Origin: Planctomycetota bacterium
GTDB taxonomy: Bacteria; Planctomycetota; SZUA-567; H5-PLA8
Direction: 5' to 3'
Length of the DNA stretch: 64,000 nt
Assembly (NCBI GenBank): GCA_037129555.1
Contig: JBAXUS010000005.1
Coordinates: 7,086-71,085, forward strand
The notes under the pieces were generated by a model. It was not told the origin of the DNA and ran no database searches. It was given only the letters and a program-made list of their open reading frames with translations. Below are positions 8,786 to 18,360 of the stretch, piece after piece; position 1 is the first letter of the stretch; the number at the start of each line of letters is the position of its first letter. Both the position numbers and the translations under genes were made by a program.

Positions 8786-9799
8786 ATGGCGAGATTCGAC
8801 CGATTTCGAATGGGGCGGACTAAAGGCGATAAGCCGAAGCGACTGCTGCACGGCGTCCATCCGCTGCCGACGATGGTCACGCTCGGAAATTTGATCTGCG
8901 GTTTCGCGTCGATTTTATTATCAATGCGCGCGAATATGCCGGAAGCATTTGTAGCGTCGCGCGTTCCGGCTGGCACGGCTCCGTACACGCCGACAGATTA
9001 TCTTTACATCTCGGGGCTGCTGATTTTCTTTGCGATGATCTTCGATGTGCTCGACGGAAGCGTCGCGCGGCTGACGAAATCGACGAGTAAATTTGGGATG
9101 GAAATGGACTCGTTGTGCGACGTCGTTTCGTTCGGTGTCGCGCCTGGAGTGCTCGTCAAAAATCTGATCGATCATCACGCCATCTCCGGCGAACTGCACC
9201 CGATGCTCGACCGCTATATTTTCCCACTGCTCGTGATTTACCTCTGTTGTGCGACGCTGCGTCTGGCGCGTTACAACGTTGAAAGCGAAGCCGGGCATCG
9301 CAATTTCTTTTTCGGAATGCCGTCGCCGGGAGCGGCGGGGTGCGCGGCGGGACTTGTGATTCTCGCTCTGCCCGCCTCGCATCATTGGACGATTTCACCG
9401 TTCAGCGTTCAGGTCGACCAGATCGAAAGCTATCTCAAACTGGTCCGCGGCCCGATCATTTTGTCGCTGCCGTTTGTAATGCTGGGATTGGGCATTCTGA
9501 TGGTGTCGCGCGTCCATTATCAACACGTCGGCGACAAGATGTTGAAGGGTAAGAAATCGTTCATGCATCTGCTGGTTCTGTGCATCGCCATTGCGCTGAT
9601 TGTCATGCATCACGAAATCATGCTGGCGATCATGTTTAACGGGTACATGTTGGTTGGATTATTCAACGAAATCCGTTTTCAGCTTTTCCCGAAGCATCGG
9701 CCGGAAGCGTGGAACACTGCAGCGGACGAAGGTGTATTGGCCGGAGCGGAGACGTCGGTTAAATCGGAAGCACCGGCCAGTGGCGAACCGAAGGCCTGA
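8786..9799 (+). CDS. pssA: CDP-diacylglycerol--serine O-phosphatidyltransferase (CDP-alcohol phosphatidyltransferase family)
   Basis: Signature D-G-x2-A-R-x8-G-x3-D-x3-D present (FDVLDGSVARLTKSTSKFGMEMDSLCDVVSFG) in a multi-TM protein. It forms a pssA-psd phosphatidylethanolamine module with the upstream gene. Confidence 0.8.
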   Translation: MARFDRFRMGRTKGDKPKRLLHGVHPLPTMVTLGNLICGFASILLSMRANMPEAFVASRVPAGTAPYTPTDYLYISGLLIFFAMIFDVLDGSVARLTKSTSKFGMEMDSLCDVVSFGVAPGVLVKNLIDHHAISGELHPMLDRYIFPLLVIYLCCATLRLARYNVESEAGHRNFFFGMPSPGAAGCAAGLVILALPASHHWTISPFSVQVDQIESYLKLVRGPIILSLPFVMLGLGILMVSRVHYQHVGDKMLKGKKSFMHLLVLCIAIALIVMHHEIMLAIMFNGYMLVGLFNEIRFQLFPKHRPEAWNTAADEGVLAGAETSVKSEAPASGEPKA

Positions 9800-9813
9800 A
9801 TTCAACTCAACTC

Positions 9814-10284
9814 GTGAGAAGTGAAACAGAGACGATGGATCCCGACTTCATGACCGATGAAATGCTGACCGATAGTCCCTGGTATAAAGGGGGCGTCAAA
9901 TTCACGTGCCAGTCGGGATGCGTCCGCTGCTGCGGCGGAGCGCCGGGGGATGTGTTTGTGACGCGCGAAGAAGTGGACGCCATCGCAGCGTTCAAGGCTA
10001 TTCCGGTTCAAGAATTCGAAGACAAATTTGTGCGGCACTATTATTCATTAAAACGCATGTCGCTGACAGAGCGACGCAACGGTGATTGCATTCTGCTCGA
10101 TTCGGCCAAGGGCTGTTCGGTCTATGATGTCCGCCCGAAACAATGCCGCGATTATCCGTTTTGGCCGGAGGTGATGAAGAGTGTTTTTTCGTGGATTAAG
10201 GAAGCGGACCGTTGCCCCGGGATTCAGGTCGGCGAGGTACACGAGGCTCCGAAGATCGCGGATTTATTGAGAAGTCAACAGTAG
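9814..10284 (+). CDS. YkgJ-family (UPF0153, CxxCxxCC) putative Fe-S/zinc cluster protein
   Basis: Contains CQSGCVRCCGG and a second cluster GCSVYDVRPKQCRDYPFW that matches the family's C-terminal motif. Confidence 0.6.
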   Translation: MRSETETMDPDFMTDEMLTDSPWYKGGVKFTCQSGCVRCCGGAPGDVFVTREEVDAIAAFKAIPVQEFEDKFVRHYYSLKRMSLTERRNGDCILLDSAKGCSVYDVRPKQCRDYPFWPEVMKSVFSWIKEADRCPGIQVGEVHEAPKIADLLRSQQ

Positions 10285-10306
10285 GCGGGGACTTTTTTCG
10301 GCCATC

Positions 10307-11899
10307 GTGAGCGCCATGTCGAACAAACAATCAACCGACTCCGCATCAGATATGAAGGCGAGACACGTGCGCTGTATGTTGACGCTTGCTATGTTTGCGC
10401 TGGCGTGTGGGTCGGGATCTGTTGCACCGACATGGTTTGAGACGCTTTATTTCGCGGTATTGTTTTGTGTTGTGGTGATTGCGTCTGTGGTTGCGGGCGG
10501 GCCAAGGCAGCTCGGGCAAAGCGCGGTGGGGCGAATCATTCTAGTTGGCTGTGCACTGGCCGGAGCATTGGCGCGGAATCCGTCCTACCACTTACCGGCT
10601 GCGGGCATCACAGCGAACAACAGTATAAGTTTTGAAATCATTTCACTCATCGGATGTATTTTGATGTGGGTTCTCGGAGTGAAATTACCATTCCTCGCGA
10701 GGGAGCGTGGGCAATCCGGTGCAGAGAAACTCGAAGCGCTGCTGGTGCTGCCCGGGACGCGGTTACAGCTGACGATTGCGGCGATGATCGCACTGCCGGT
10801 CATGGCGGCGTTGAGCGGAATGCCACTTCAATCCGCGTTGTGGTCCACCGTGTTTGCAGGCGCATTGATGCTGGCGTTACACGGCTTGTTCGCGGTCGCG
10901 TCCAATTCCCGCTGCGCGCAGTTGCTCTGCATTTTGATTTTAATGATGTCAGGATTCACAATTGCCCTGGGACTGAACGCGTATTTCAAATTACGTTCGG
11001 AAGCCGACAGCGCCGTCGTTCACGCATCAACCGGTCGCTTTGATCTTGCGCAAACGAGCTATGAATCAGCGCTGCGTTTGACGCAAGCTTTCCGAGCCAA
11101 TGGTCCGCGTATCGACATGGAAACGCGCCTCGCTCAGCAGTATGAAAAAATGAACAACCCTGTATCTGCATTGGCACATTGGGAAAATGTCGTCACGTTG
11201 ACGAAGGCCGACAAGAATTCATTTCCACCGATTCGTCGAGTACGTTGCGCGATGGGTGACAGTGTTCCACCATGGCGGCTGCTGGTATTTGAAGGCATTC
11301 CTGCCATCGCCAATCCGGACATGGCTCCGGGCGTGATGCGCCTCGTCGACACCGCGCCGGATGTCCGAGCGAAATTGCTCGGCGCGTTGCTCGCGTGGGA
11401 TCAGCAAGCGCCAGACGATGAGCGACGGAAGCGACTCGAAGCGGTGCAAGCCGTCGCTCCCGGCGAGCCGACGTCGTTGAGTTTGTTGAAGCGTATGAAT
11501 GTCCCAACGAAAGACGTGCCGTTGTGGCTTCCGGCGGATTTGATCATCGGCACGGTCCCGACGTATCAATCCGCATTGGGAACCATCGAAGAACTCGGCG
11601 AGGCATGCACGATAGTTTGTTTAAATGCCGGGCGCTGGGAGATGAGTTTGAACGCGTCGGGCACGCCGCTGCATGAAGAGTGGCCGGTTGTCCGTGTCGA
11701 GCTGAACGGCAAGCCGCTCGCTGCGACGCAAGTCAATAAAGCGCTGCCGTACGATGTGCCGTTCACGTTTGATGTGACTCACAATACGATTTTTAAAGTG
11801 CGGATCGTGTTTCAAAACCGGCAGGACGATCTTGAGGACGGACGAGCGGCGCGGCGCGGGTTGAAAATAATGGGAATCAAATTCAACCAGGCGAAGTGA
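10307..11899 (+). CDS. Hypothetical polytopic membrane protein with soluble C-terminal domain
   Basis: 530 aa with about six predicted TM helices in the first 230 aa and a soluble C-terminal half. No recognisable catalytic motif. Confidence 0.45.
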   Translation: MSAMSNKQSTDSASDMKARHVRCMLTLAMFALACGSGSVAPTWFETLYFAVLFCVVVIASVVAGGPRQLGQSAVGRIILVGCALAGALARNPSYHLPAAGITANNSISFEIISLIGCILMWVLGVKLPFLARERGQSGAEKLEALLVLPGTRLQLTIAAMIALPVMAALSGMPLQSALWSTVFAGALMLALHGLFAVASNSRCAQLLCILILMMSGFTIALGLNAYFKLRSEADSAVVHASTGRFDLAQTSYESALRLTQAFRANGPRIDMETRLAQQYEKMNNPVSALAHWENVVTLTKADKNSFPPIRRVRCAMGDSVPPWRLLVFEGIPAIANPDMAPGVMRLVDTAPDVRAKLLGALLAWDQQAPDDERRKRLEAVQAVAPGEPTSLSLLKRMNVPTKDVPLWLPADLIIGTVPTYQSALGTIEELGEACTIVCLNAGRWEMSLNASGTPLHEEWPVVRVELNGKPLAATQVNKALPYDVPFTFDVTHNTIFKVRIVFQNRQDDLEDGRAARRGLKIMGIKFNQAK

Positions 11900-11999
11900 A
11901 CGCGGACGGCTCCTGATTTCGTGTACCATTTGAAGCGGGCCGGTGTAATTCTGGTGGTCGAGAGAACGTAAGAATTCAAGCCATTGTGAGGAGTTTTAG

Positions 12000-12956
12000 A
12001 TGACGATGCAATCCCCTTCGCGCCGGACATTTTTGGGAGCGGGCGCTGCTCTTGCCGCAGGAATCGCGCTGCCTTTTGCCATGCCGATTCGGTCGCGCGC
12101 GGATGGAAAAACATTCCGAATCATGCTCAACACCAGCACGATTCGAGAGTGCAAAGTTGATGGGAAAAAGCTCACGATTGAGCAAAAGGTCGATGTCGCG
12201 TCGAAGGCCGGTTACGATTGCATCGAGCCGTGGATCAACGAAATTGCGGATTACGTGAAACGCGGGAAGTCGCTCAAGGATTTGGCCAAGCAGATCAAAG
12301 ATGGCGGCATGACGGTGGAAAGCGCAATCGGTTTTGCGGAGTGGATTGTCAGCGACGACGCGCGCCGCACGAAGGGCTTGGAGACGGCCAAGCGCGATAT
12401 GGACATGGTGCTCGAAATCGGCGGCAAACGTCTCGCCGCTCCGCCGGTTGGTGCGACGAAAGCGGAAGACGAAACGATTCCTGTTGAGAAAATTGCGGAC
12501 CGATACAAAGCACTGGCCGAACTCGGCGACAAGGCCGGGATTCTGCCGATGGCGGAAGTCTGGGGCTTCTCGAAGACGTTCAAGACGCTGAACGAAACAG
12601 TCAAGGCCGCGATGATCAGCGGACATTCGAAGGCCGCGATTCTGCCGGACGTGTACCACCTTTATAAGGGCGGCTCGTCGTTCGATGACATGAAGCAATT
12701 GACGAACGGAAATTTCCATGTGCTCCACGTCAACGATTATCCCGACATTCCGCGCGACAAAATCGGCGACAAAGACCGTGTATATCCGGGCGACGGCATC
12801 GCGCCGTATGCGCAGATTTTCAAGGATTTGAAAGCGATGAATTATGCCGGGATGCTGTCGCTTGAGTTGTTCAATCCTGAATATTGGAAGCAGGATCCGA
12901 ATGTCGTTGCGAAAGCGGGGATTGAAAAGGTCAAAGCGCTGATCGCGAAGGCGTGA
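12000..12956 (+). CDS. Sugar phosphate isomerase/epimerase (xylose-isomerase-like TIM barrel), Tat-exported
   Basis: Twin-arginine signal (SRRTFLGAGAALAAGIALPFA), then an AP-endonuclease-2/xylose-isomerase-like TIM-barrel pattern. Confidence 0.65.
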   Translation: MTMQSPSRRTFLGAGAALAAGIALPFAMPIRSRADGKTFRIMLNTSTIRECKVDGKKLTIEQKVDVASKAGYDCIEPWINEIADYVKRGKSLKDLAKQIKDGGMTVESAIGFAEWIVSDDARRTKGLETAKRDMDMVLEIGGKRLAAPPVGATKAEDETIPVEKIADRYKALAELGDKAGILPMAEVWGFSKTFKTLNETVKAAMISGHSKAAILPDVYHLYKGGSSFDDMKQLTNGNFHVLHVNDYPDIPRDKIGDKDRVYPGDGIAPYAQIFKDLKAMNYAGMLSLELFNPEYWKQDPNVVAKAGIEKVKALIAKA

Positions 12957-13024
12957 TGAGTTTGGATCAAGTCTGAGAATTGAGCGAAGGAGTTGGTGCG
13001 GCAAGCGTCTGACTCAGCGACGAA

Positions 13025-13324
13025 GTGCTGAAACGGCGCTTCATAACGAAAAGGAGGGTATGGATGTTGTTGAAAACCATCAGTGCCACGATGTTGGCAT
13101 TGGCTTTTTGTGCAGGTTTGCGCGCGGACGACTGCTGCAAGCCGTGCGAAGAAAAGAAGCCGAAATGCTCGCCGTGTGAAACGGTCAAGCGATGCGGCAA
13201 CCCGATCAAGAATTTCTTCGTCCACAGTGTGGGCGGAACGATCGGCAAAGGCTTCGGCATGAATGGCTGCAACACGTGCGAAAAAGCACCCGCTCCGAAA
13301 TCGGATTGCGGCTGCGGCAAGTAG
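13025..13324 (+). CDS. Small secreted cysteine-rich protein (16 Cys in ~75 mature residues)
   Basis: Signal peptide (probable start MLLKTISATMLALAFCAGLRA at 13061), then DDCCKPCEEKKPKCSPCETVKRCGN...GCNTCEKAPAPKSDCGCGK. A strong terminator follows. Confidence 0.45.
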   Translation: MLKRRFITKRRVWMLLKTISATMLALAFCAGLRADDCCKPCEEKKPKCSPCETVKRCGNPIKNFFVHSVGGTIGKGFGMNGCNTCEKAPAPKSDCGCGK

Positions 13325-13356
13325 TCGAGTGTTAGACGGTTCTTGAAGCTGTCGGT

Positions 13357-13389
13357 AAACGGCCCGTGATACGGGCCGTTTATTTTTTG
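13357..13389 (+). terminator. Rho-independent terminator (overlaps the 3' end of the convergent minus-strand gene)
   Basis: AAACGGCCCG-tgata-CGGGCCGTTT followed by ATTTTTTG. Confidence 0.65.
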
Positions 13390-14888
13390 ATGGTCCAGTA
13401 CCCTTCGCCGACGACCGGCGTCGCATTGAATTCGAGTTTATCCCAATTCGCTTTCTGCCAGTCGAGCACGGATGACTTCCACGCGGCGGACTTTTTTTCG
13501 ACATCGGCGGCACTTGAATTTGGCGGTGTGTCGAAGACGTGTCCCAGCACATCATCGAGTTTCCCGGCGATCAATTCGCATCCGCGGGGATCGGCGGTGT
13601 TGAGGTCGGCCAGGAGTAATTCGAGGCCGTGTTTTTGTCCGCGTCGCGCGAGCATCAAGGCGGTCGTCTGGCGGACCACGGCGTCACGGCTTTGCGCGAA
13701 CGCCATCATCGTCGCGGCTGGAATGTCGCGGTCGCGTGTGTTGAGCGCGGTGAGCAGCGCGAATTCGAGATACGGGCTGCGCGTCGAAAGTTTGGCGAGC
13801 TTCTCGCATGCGATTTTGACGTTCGCCGCTTTAGCGTTTGAAACGATCTCGGACAATTCTCCAGCTGTTGCGGATGCGCGTGGATAAGTTGTTTCGAAGT
13901 CGCGCATATACGTTTCGAGCGCGGCTTTGTCGGTAGGAAGAATGCGCGCGAGCTTGGTGATGTCTGCTTGAACTTTGCGCAGTTTCCAGGCTGTGACGAC
14001 GATGTTTTCGGCTTCGGCGTTGAGCTTCATGTCGCGAATTTCCTGGGACATTGCGTCGTCCTCATCGAGTCCGACGACCGTGATGAGTGGCGGCTTGTGC
14101 AGCTTTTCTTCCAGCGGTTCCGCCGTCCCGCCGAGCACGGCGAGCACCAGCGCGCACGCTTCGGCGTATGTCGGGCGCGCCGTCCAATATTTGTAAACGC
14201 GCCGCGCTTCGTCGGTCTCTTCTGTGAATGCGAAGCCGGTGCCACCGGCTGGAAGTGCTGTGACTTCGACGGCGAGAGTAGCGATCTTTTTTTCGGCGGG
14301 AGGGTCCTGTCTCTCGCCCGGTTTTGCCGGGGTGACGGGTGCATCGTCGCGGCGGGTCACGATAATTGTCCACGCCGTGGGCGCGTCGCCGCGTTCGTCG
14401 AACGCCTCCCATATGGCAGCGCGCATGTTTTTGCCAAAGATGTTTTCGCGGACGAATCCTTTGGCCTCGCGCGCCAGTTTTGATTTTCCTGCTGAGCGAA
14501 TGTCGCGCATCCGTTCGACGCACAAGTCGGCGGCTTCAAGTTGCCCCAGGGCGTGGAGTGTCATGATGCGGCACAGGCAGATGTTCCACTCGTCGTTTCC
14601 TCCGAGTTGCGTTTTGTCATTCAACGTGTTCAGAAATTCCATCGCGCGTTTCGGCTGGCGCGCCCAATACGCGGCGGCTGCGGCCAACAACTGTGTCTCG
14701 CGTTTGGCGGTACCCGTTGCGATGGCTTTTTCGAACGCGTCGAGTGCAGCGGTGTAGTGCGCTTGCTCGAAGTGTTTTCGGCCCTCCTTAACAAGGTCCG
14801 CTGAACTTGGAGCCTCGCCTGCGAGCGTGAAGCATGCGAGCGAAAATGAAGCGATGACGAGAAGTGTCGGTACGATTAGGTTGCGCAT
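13380..14888 (-). CDS. Hypothetical secreted HEAT/TPR-like repeat protein
   Basis: 502 aa with signal peptide (MRNLIVPTLLVIASFSLACFTLAG) and alpha-helical repeat composition. Confidence 0.45.
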   Translation of the reverse strand: MRNLIVPTLLVIASFSLACFTLAGEAPSSADLVKEGRKHFEQAHYTAALDAFEKAIATGTAKRETQLLAAAAAYWARQPKRAMEFLNTLNDKTQLGGNDEWNICLCRIMTLHALGQLEAADLCVERMRDIRSAGKSKLAREAKGFVRENIFGKNMRAAIWEAFDERGDAPTAWTIIVTRRDDAPVTPAKPGERQDPPAEKKIATLAVEVTALPAGGTGFAFTEETDEARRVYKYWTARPTYAEACALVLAVLGGTAEPLEEKLHKPPLITVVGLDEDDAMSQEIRDMKLNAEAENIVVTAWKLRKVQADITKLARILPTDKAALETYMRDFETTYPRASATAGELSEIVSNAKAANVKIACEKLAKLSTRSPYLEFALLTALNTRDRDIPAATMMAFAQSRDAVVRQTTALMLARRGQKHGLELLLADLNTADPRGCELIAGKLDDVLGHVFDTPPNSSAADVEKKSAAWKSSVLDWQKANWDKLEFNATPVVGEGYWTIKK

Positions 14889-15024
14889 GCGGCGCTCAAA
14901 AAATGGAGTCTAAAAAGTGACCATGACTAGTTTAACCGCTGAAATGAAAATATGTCATTCATGAGCCGAAAGAATTTTAGCGCGGGATGGTTTGTGGCTT
15001 GTTGAAGTCGGAACTACGAACCGG

Positions 15025-15957
15025 TCACCGTCCTCGCGCGCGGGGTGGAGCAGGCGTGGTGGGCGCGGGAGGAGGAGTGGTTTTGGGTTGCGGAAGGGGA
15101 GGGTTTAAATCACCGGGAATGGGAGGGGCGTTGGTGGGCGATGTGACGTCGTCGCCGATGGGGTTGGAGACTTGTGGAATCGCAATCGCGACGTAATCGG
15201 CGGGCAAAGATTTAGTCATGAGCGGCTCGCGTTTGCCTTGGAGGCACTGAATCACGAAGTCGCGCGCCCAGCTGTAATCGCGACCGTCCGCGCCCACGTG
15301 CCAGATGTTCATCCACCCGCGATTCGCTTCGGAGATGCAGAACAAACGCCGGCCTGTCGCGTCGTGAAATGCCGACGCTTCAATCAGAAAGGTGCTGACC
15401 GTGGCGTGATTTTTATCTTCGAGTTTGAAGAGCCACAAGCGCCCGTGTTTTTTGGGCTCGAAGAATTCGTAGCCGATCAGGTGCATCGTTCCCATCGGAA
15501 TGTAATCGCGCGTGAGGCCTTCATAGCCTTTCAAAATCACGCTCTCTTTTTGCAGGCGCAGTTTCTCCAGTTTCTCGCGGTAAATACGGACTTGTTCGTC
15601 GCGTCCGATGCGCTCGTAACATTGGATCAATTTGCGGATGACGAACCAGTCTTTTGGACCGGCTTTGTGCAGGACTTCGAAATGGTCTGCCGCTTTTTGA
15701 TATTGCCCGGAATCGTACGCGGCCATCGCGGCGTTTAAACGCGTGGAGACAAATTCCGGATGTGTGGCGAGAATTGATTCGTAGCGAATGAGTGCTTCGT
15801 GAAAGCGCCCTTTGGAGTCGAGCATGCGCGCGTCTTCGAAGACTTTTTCCAATTCAATGCGTTCGCGCGGATCGATGCCGCGCAGGTCGTCCTGGCATCC
15901 GGCGATGCAGAGCAAGGCGATCACGAGCGCTGCGCATTTAACCGCCGAAGAGAGCAT
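15025..15957 (-). CDS. TPR-repeat lipoprotein with Pro-rich C-terminus
   Basis: Probable start MLSSAVKCAALVIALLCIAGC (lipobox IAGC), TPR-like helices, C-terminal PPIPGDLNPPLPQPKTTPPPAPTTPAPP. Confidence 0.5.
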   Translation of the reverse strand: MLSSAVKCAALVIALLCIAGCQDDLRGIDPRERIELEKVFEDARMLDSKGRFHEALIRYESILATHPEFVSTRLNAAMAAYDSGQYQKAADHFEVLHKAGPKDWFVIRKLIQCYERIGRDEQVRIYREKLEKLRLQKESVILKGYEGLTRDYIPMGTMHLIGYEFFEPKKHGRLWLFKLEDKNHATVSTFLIEASAFHDATGRRLFCISEANRGWMNIWHVGADGRDYSWARDFVIQCLQGKREPLMTKSLPADYVAIAIPQVSNPIGDDVTSPTNAPPIPGDLNPPLPQPKTTPPPAPTTPAPPRARGR

Positions 15958-16026
15958 GGGAATAACTCCGATAAAAAGCATGATCGATCACGGCTACTGT
16001 TTAACGCAAGAAATTCGCGCGGCAAG

Positions 16027-16707
16027 CTACTTTGCTTTTTCCATGATGGAGGTAAGCGCATCGAACCACTTCGCGGCCATCTTTTCAGCACCGGCGGCGT
16101 TGGGATGAACTTTGTCAGCGATGGCGTCTGTTGCCGGGTCGAAACCTTCGGCCTGATTCACGAGAATGATACGTTGCTCGGGCGTGTTCAGTTTGAGTGC
16201 AAGTTTTGCGAGCTCTTCGTTGAGTGCCGGAAGATAACTGTATTTTGGGAGCTTGCCGCTGGTGATGACTTGGGCCAGCAAAACCTTCACGTTGGGATTG
16301 AGAGCGCGCAAAGACGTGATCAGCTTTTCGGTCGAAGCGATGATGGTGCCGACGGGTTGTTCCTCGGAAGTATGATTGTGCCCGGCGTGAATCAAAACGA
16401 TATCGGCGGGATGGTCTTTGAAATTCTTGGGGACGGTGATTGCCAAAAATTCAGCATTCCTCCCGCCATACCCTTCGTGATTCAAAGCGCCGTGCGGTGA
16501 GTCGCTTTTCTTGGAGCCGACAAATCGAAACGCGTAACCGGCGGCGTGAAGCTTCTCCCAAAGAACAGGCCGGTACACGACAAACGTCTTGCCACCCTCG
16601 GTGATCGAATCGCCAATGGGCATGATGCGATAGGGTGTGGTGGCGTCAGCGGCGGAGACGATGCAGAAGCAAATGGAAAGAAGAAGTGAGTACGGAAAAA
16701 ATTTCAT
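16027..16707 (-). CDS. SGNH/GDSL-family hydrolase (secreted esterase/lipase)
   Basis: Signal peptide, then the GDSL block (IMPIGDSITEGG). Start taken at MKFFPYS so as not to overlap glgA. Confidence 0.65.
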   Translation of the reverse strand: MKFFPYSLLLSICFCIVSAADATTPYRIMPIGDSITEGGKTFVVYRPVLWEKLHAAGYAFRFVGSKKSDSPHGALNHEGYGGRNAEFLAITVPKNFKDHPADIVLIHAGHNHTSEEQPVGTIIASTEKLITSLRALNPNVKVLLAQVITSGKLPKYSYLPALNEELAKLALKLNTPEQRIILVNQAEGFDPATDAIADKVHPNAAGAEKMAAKWFDALTSIMEKAK

Positions 16708-16714
16708 ATGACGC

Positions 16715-18193
16715 TTATCCCAGCGCGATTTTCGAGCGCGCGACTTTGAAGACATCGACGTATTTTTTAGCGCTCGCTGACCATGTCCAGTCCTGGGCCA
16801 TGCCGGTGTGTTGGATGGCGGTCCATGTAGTGGGATCGGTGTGGAAAATATGGAGAGCGCGGTCGAGCGCGGCGAGCATGTCGAGCGTTCCGAATGAGCT
16901 GAATTGGAAGCCGGTTGCAGTGCCGGCGGCGAGCGTTTCGGGCGTCGTGTCCACGACGGTGTCGGCCAGTCCGCCGACGCGATGAACCACGGGCGGAGTG
17001 CCGTACTTTAACGAATATAGCTGGTTCAAGCCGCACGGTTCGTAGCGGCTGGGCATCAAGTAAATGTCGCTGCCGGCTTCGATCAAATGCGCGAGGCTAT
17101 TGTCGAATGCGAATGAGACCGCGACTTTGTCCGGGTGCGATTTACAGACCTGTTCGAGCAGTCGGTGGTACTCTTCGCGGCCGGTGCCGAGGATCACCAG
17201 TTGGATGTTCCGGCGCATCAAGTCGTCCATAGCCTGGGCGACGAGGTCGAAGCCTTTTTGTTCGAAGAGCCGCGCGATCATGCCGACGACAGCGGAGCCG
17301 TTAGTGGGCAGGCCGAGGCGGTTGCGCAGTGCGGCCTTGCATTTTGCCTTGCCTTCCAAGTCGCCGGGCTGGTAAGCCATCGGCAGCAGTGAATCCGTGG
17401 CGGGATCCCAGTCGTGATCATCGATGCCGTTCACAATGCCGGTCAGATCGGCGGCGCGATCACGTAGGACGCCGTCGAGGCCGAAACCGTTTTCAGGCGT
17501 TTGAATTTCACGTGCGTAAGTTGGTGAGACGGTCGTGAGTTTGTCGGCGTGAACGAGTGCGCCTTTGAGCAGATTCATCTTGCCGTGAAATTCGAGTTCC
17601 TGCCAATTGTAATGTTTCCACGGCAGATTCAGAATCGGCCAATCCCAATGCCAGAATTGGCCTTGATAGCCCATGTTGTGAATCGTGAACACACTCGCTG
17701 CGCCCGAGAGCAGCGGATGTTTATCGAACACGGTTTTGAGGTACACCGGAATCAGCGCGGTCTGCCAATCGTGGCAGTGCCAGAGATCGACGCTCCACGC
17801 CATTGCCTGGACGGCGGCGAGACACGCGCGGCTGAAGAAGACGTAGCGCTGGCAGCTGTCATCGAAATCGCCTTTTGCGGTGCCGTACAAGCCGTCGCGG
17901 TCGAAGTACTGATCGCAGCCGATAAAATAAATGAGTGCTCGATCTTTGGAATTGACGGTTGTCGCAGCGGCGTACAGTGTCCATCCGATAGAGTCGCCGC
18001 CGACGGGGACGAATCCTTGCGCGATCTGGCGAGGCTTGGGTTCCAATTTTTTAACGCACCGATAGTACGGCGAGAAGACGCGAACGTGGTGACCGAGCTT
18101 CGCCAATTCATGCGGCAAAGCGGCTGAAACATCGGCCAAGCCGCCCGATTTGGAATACGGAGCTATTTCGGATGTGGCGTACGCGATGTTCAT
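16715..18193 (-). CDS. glgA: Glycogen synthase (ADP-glucose type)
   Basis: MNIAYATSEIAPYSKSGGLADV N-terminal signature, GT5/GT1 fold, 492 aa. Confidence 0.85.
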   Translation of the reverse strand: MNIAYATSEIAPYSKSGGLADVSAALPHELAKLGHHVRVFSPYYRCVKKLEPKPRQIAQGFVPVGGDSIGWTLYAAATTVNSKDRALIYFIGCDQYFDRDGLYGTAKGDFDDSCQRYVFFSRACLAAVQAMAWSVDLWHCHDWQTALIPVYLKTVFDKHPLLSGAASVFTIHNMGYQGQFWHWDWPILNLPWKHYNWQELEFHGKMNLLKGALVHADKLTTVSPTYAREIQTPENGFGLDGVLRDRAADLTGIVNGIDDHDWDPATDSLLPMAYQPGDLEGKAKCKAALRNRLGLPTNGSAVVGMIARLFEQKGFDLVAQAMDDLMRRNIQLVILGTGREEYHRLLEQVCKSHPDKVAVSFAFDNSLAHLIEAGSDIYLMPSRYEPCGLNQLYSLKYGTPPVVHRVGGLADTVVDTTPETLAAGTATGFQFSSFGTLDMLAALDRALHIFHTDPTTWTAIQHTGMAQDWTWSASAKKYVDVFKVARSKIALG

Positions 18194-18360
18194 GATGGTG
18201 TCGGCCCGAGATTCGAATTCAATCCAATCGTACGGTCAAAATCGGGCGCGTGACATACGAGGTGGCACACGTTCCCATTCTGTCATCGGCATTATAAGCG
18301 TCGATCCCGACGAATTCAGCGGTACTTTCAATGCGAAAGCGCAAATTGCGAGGGGGTCGA

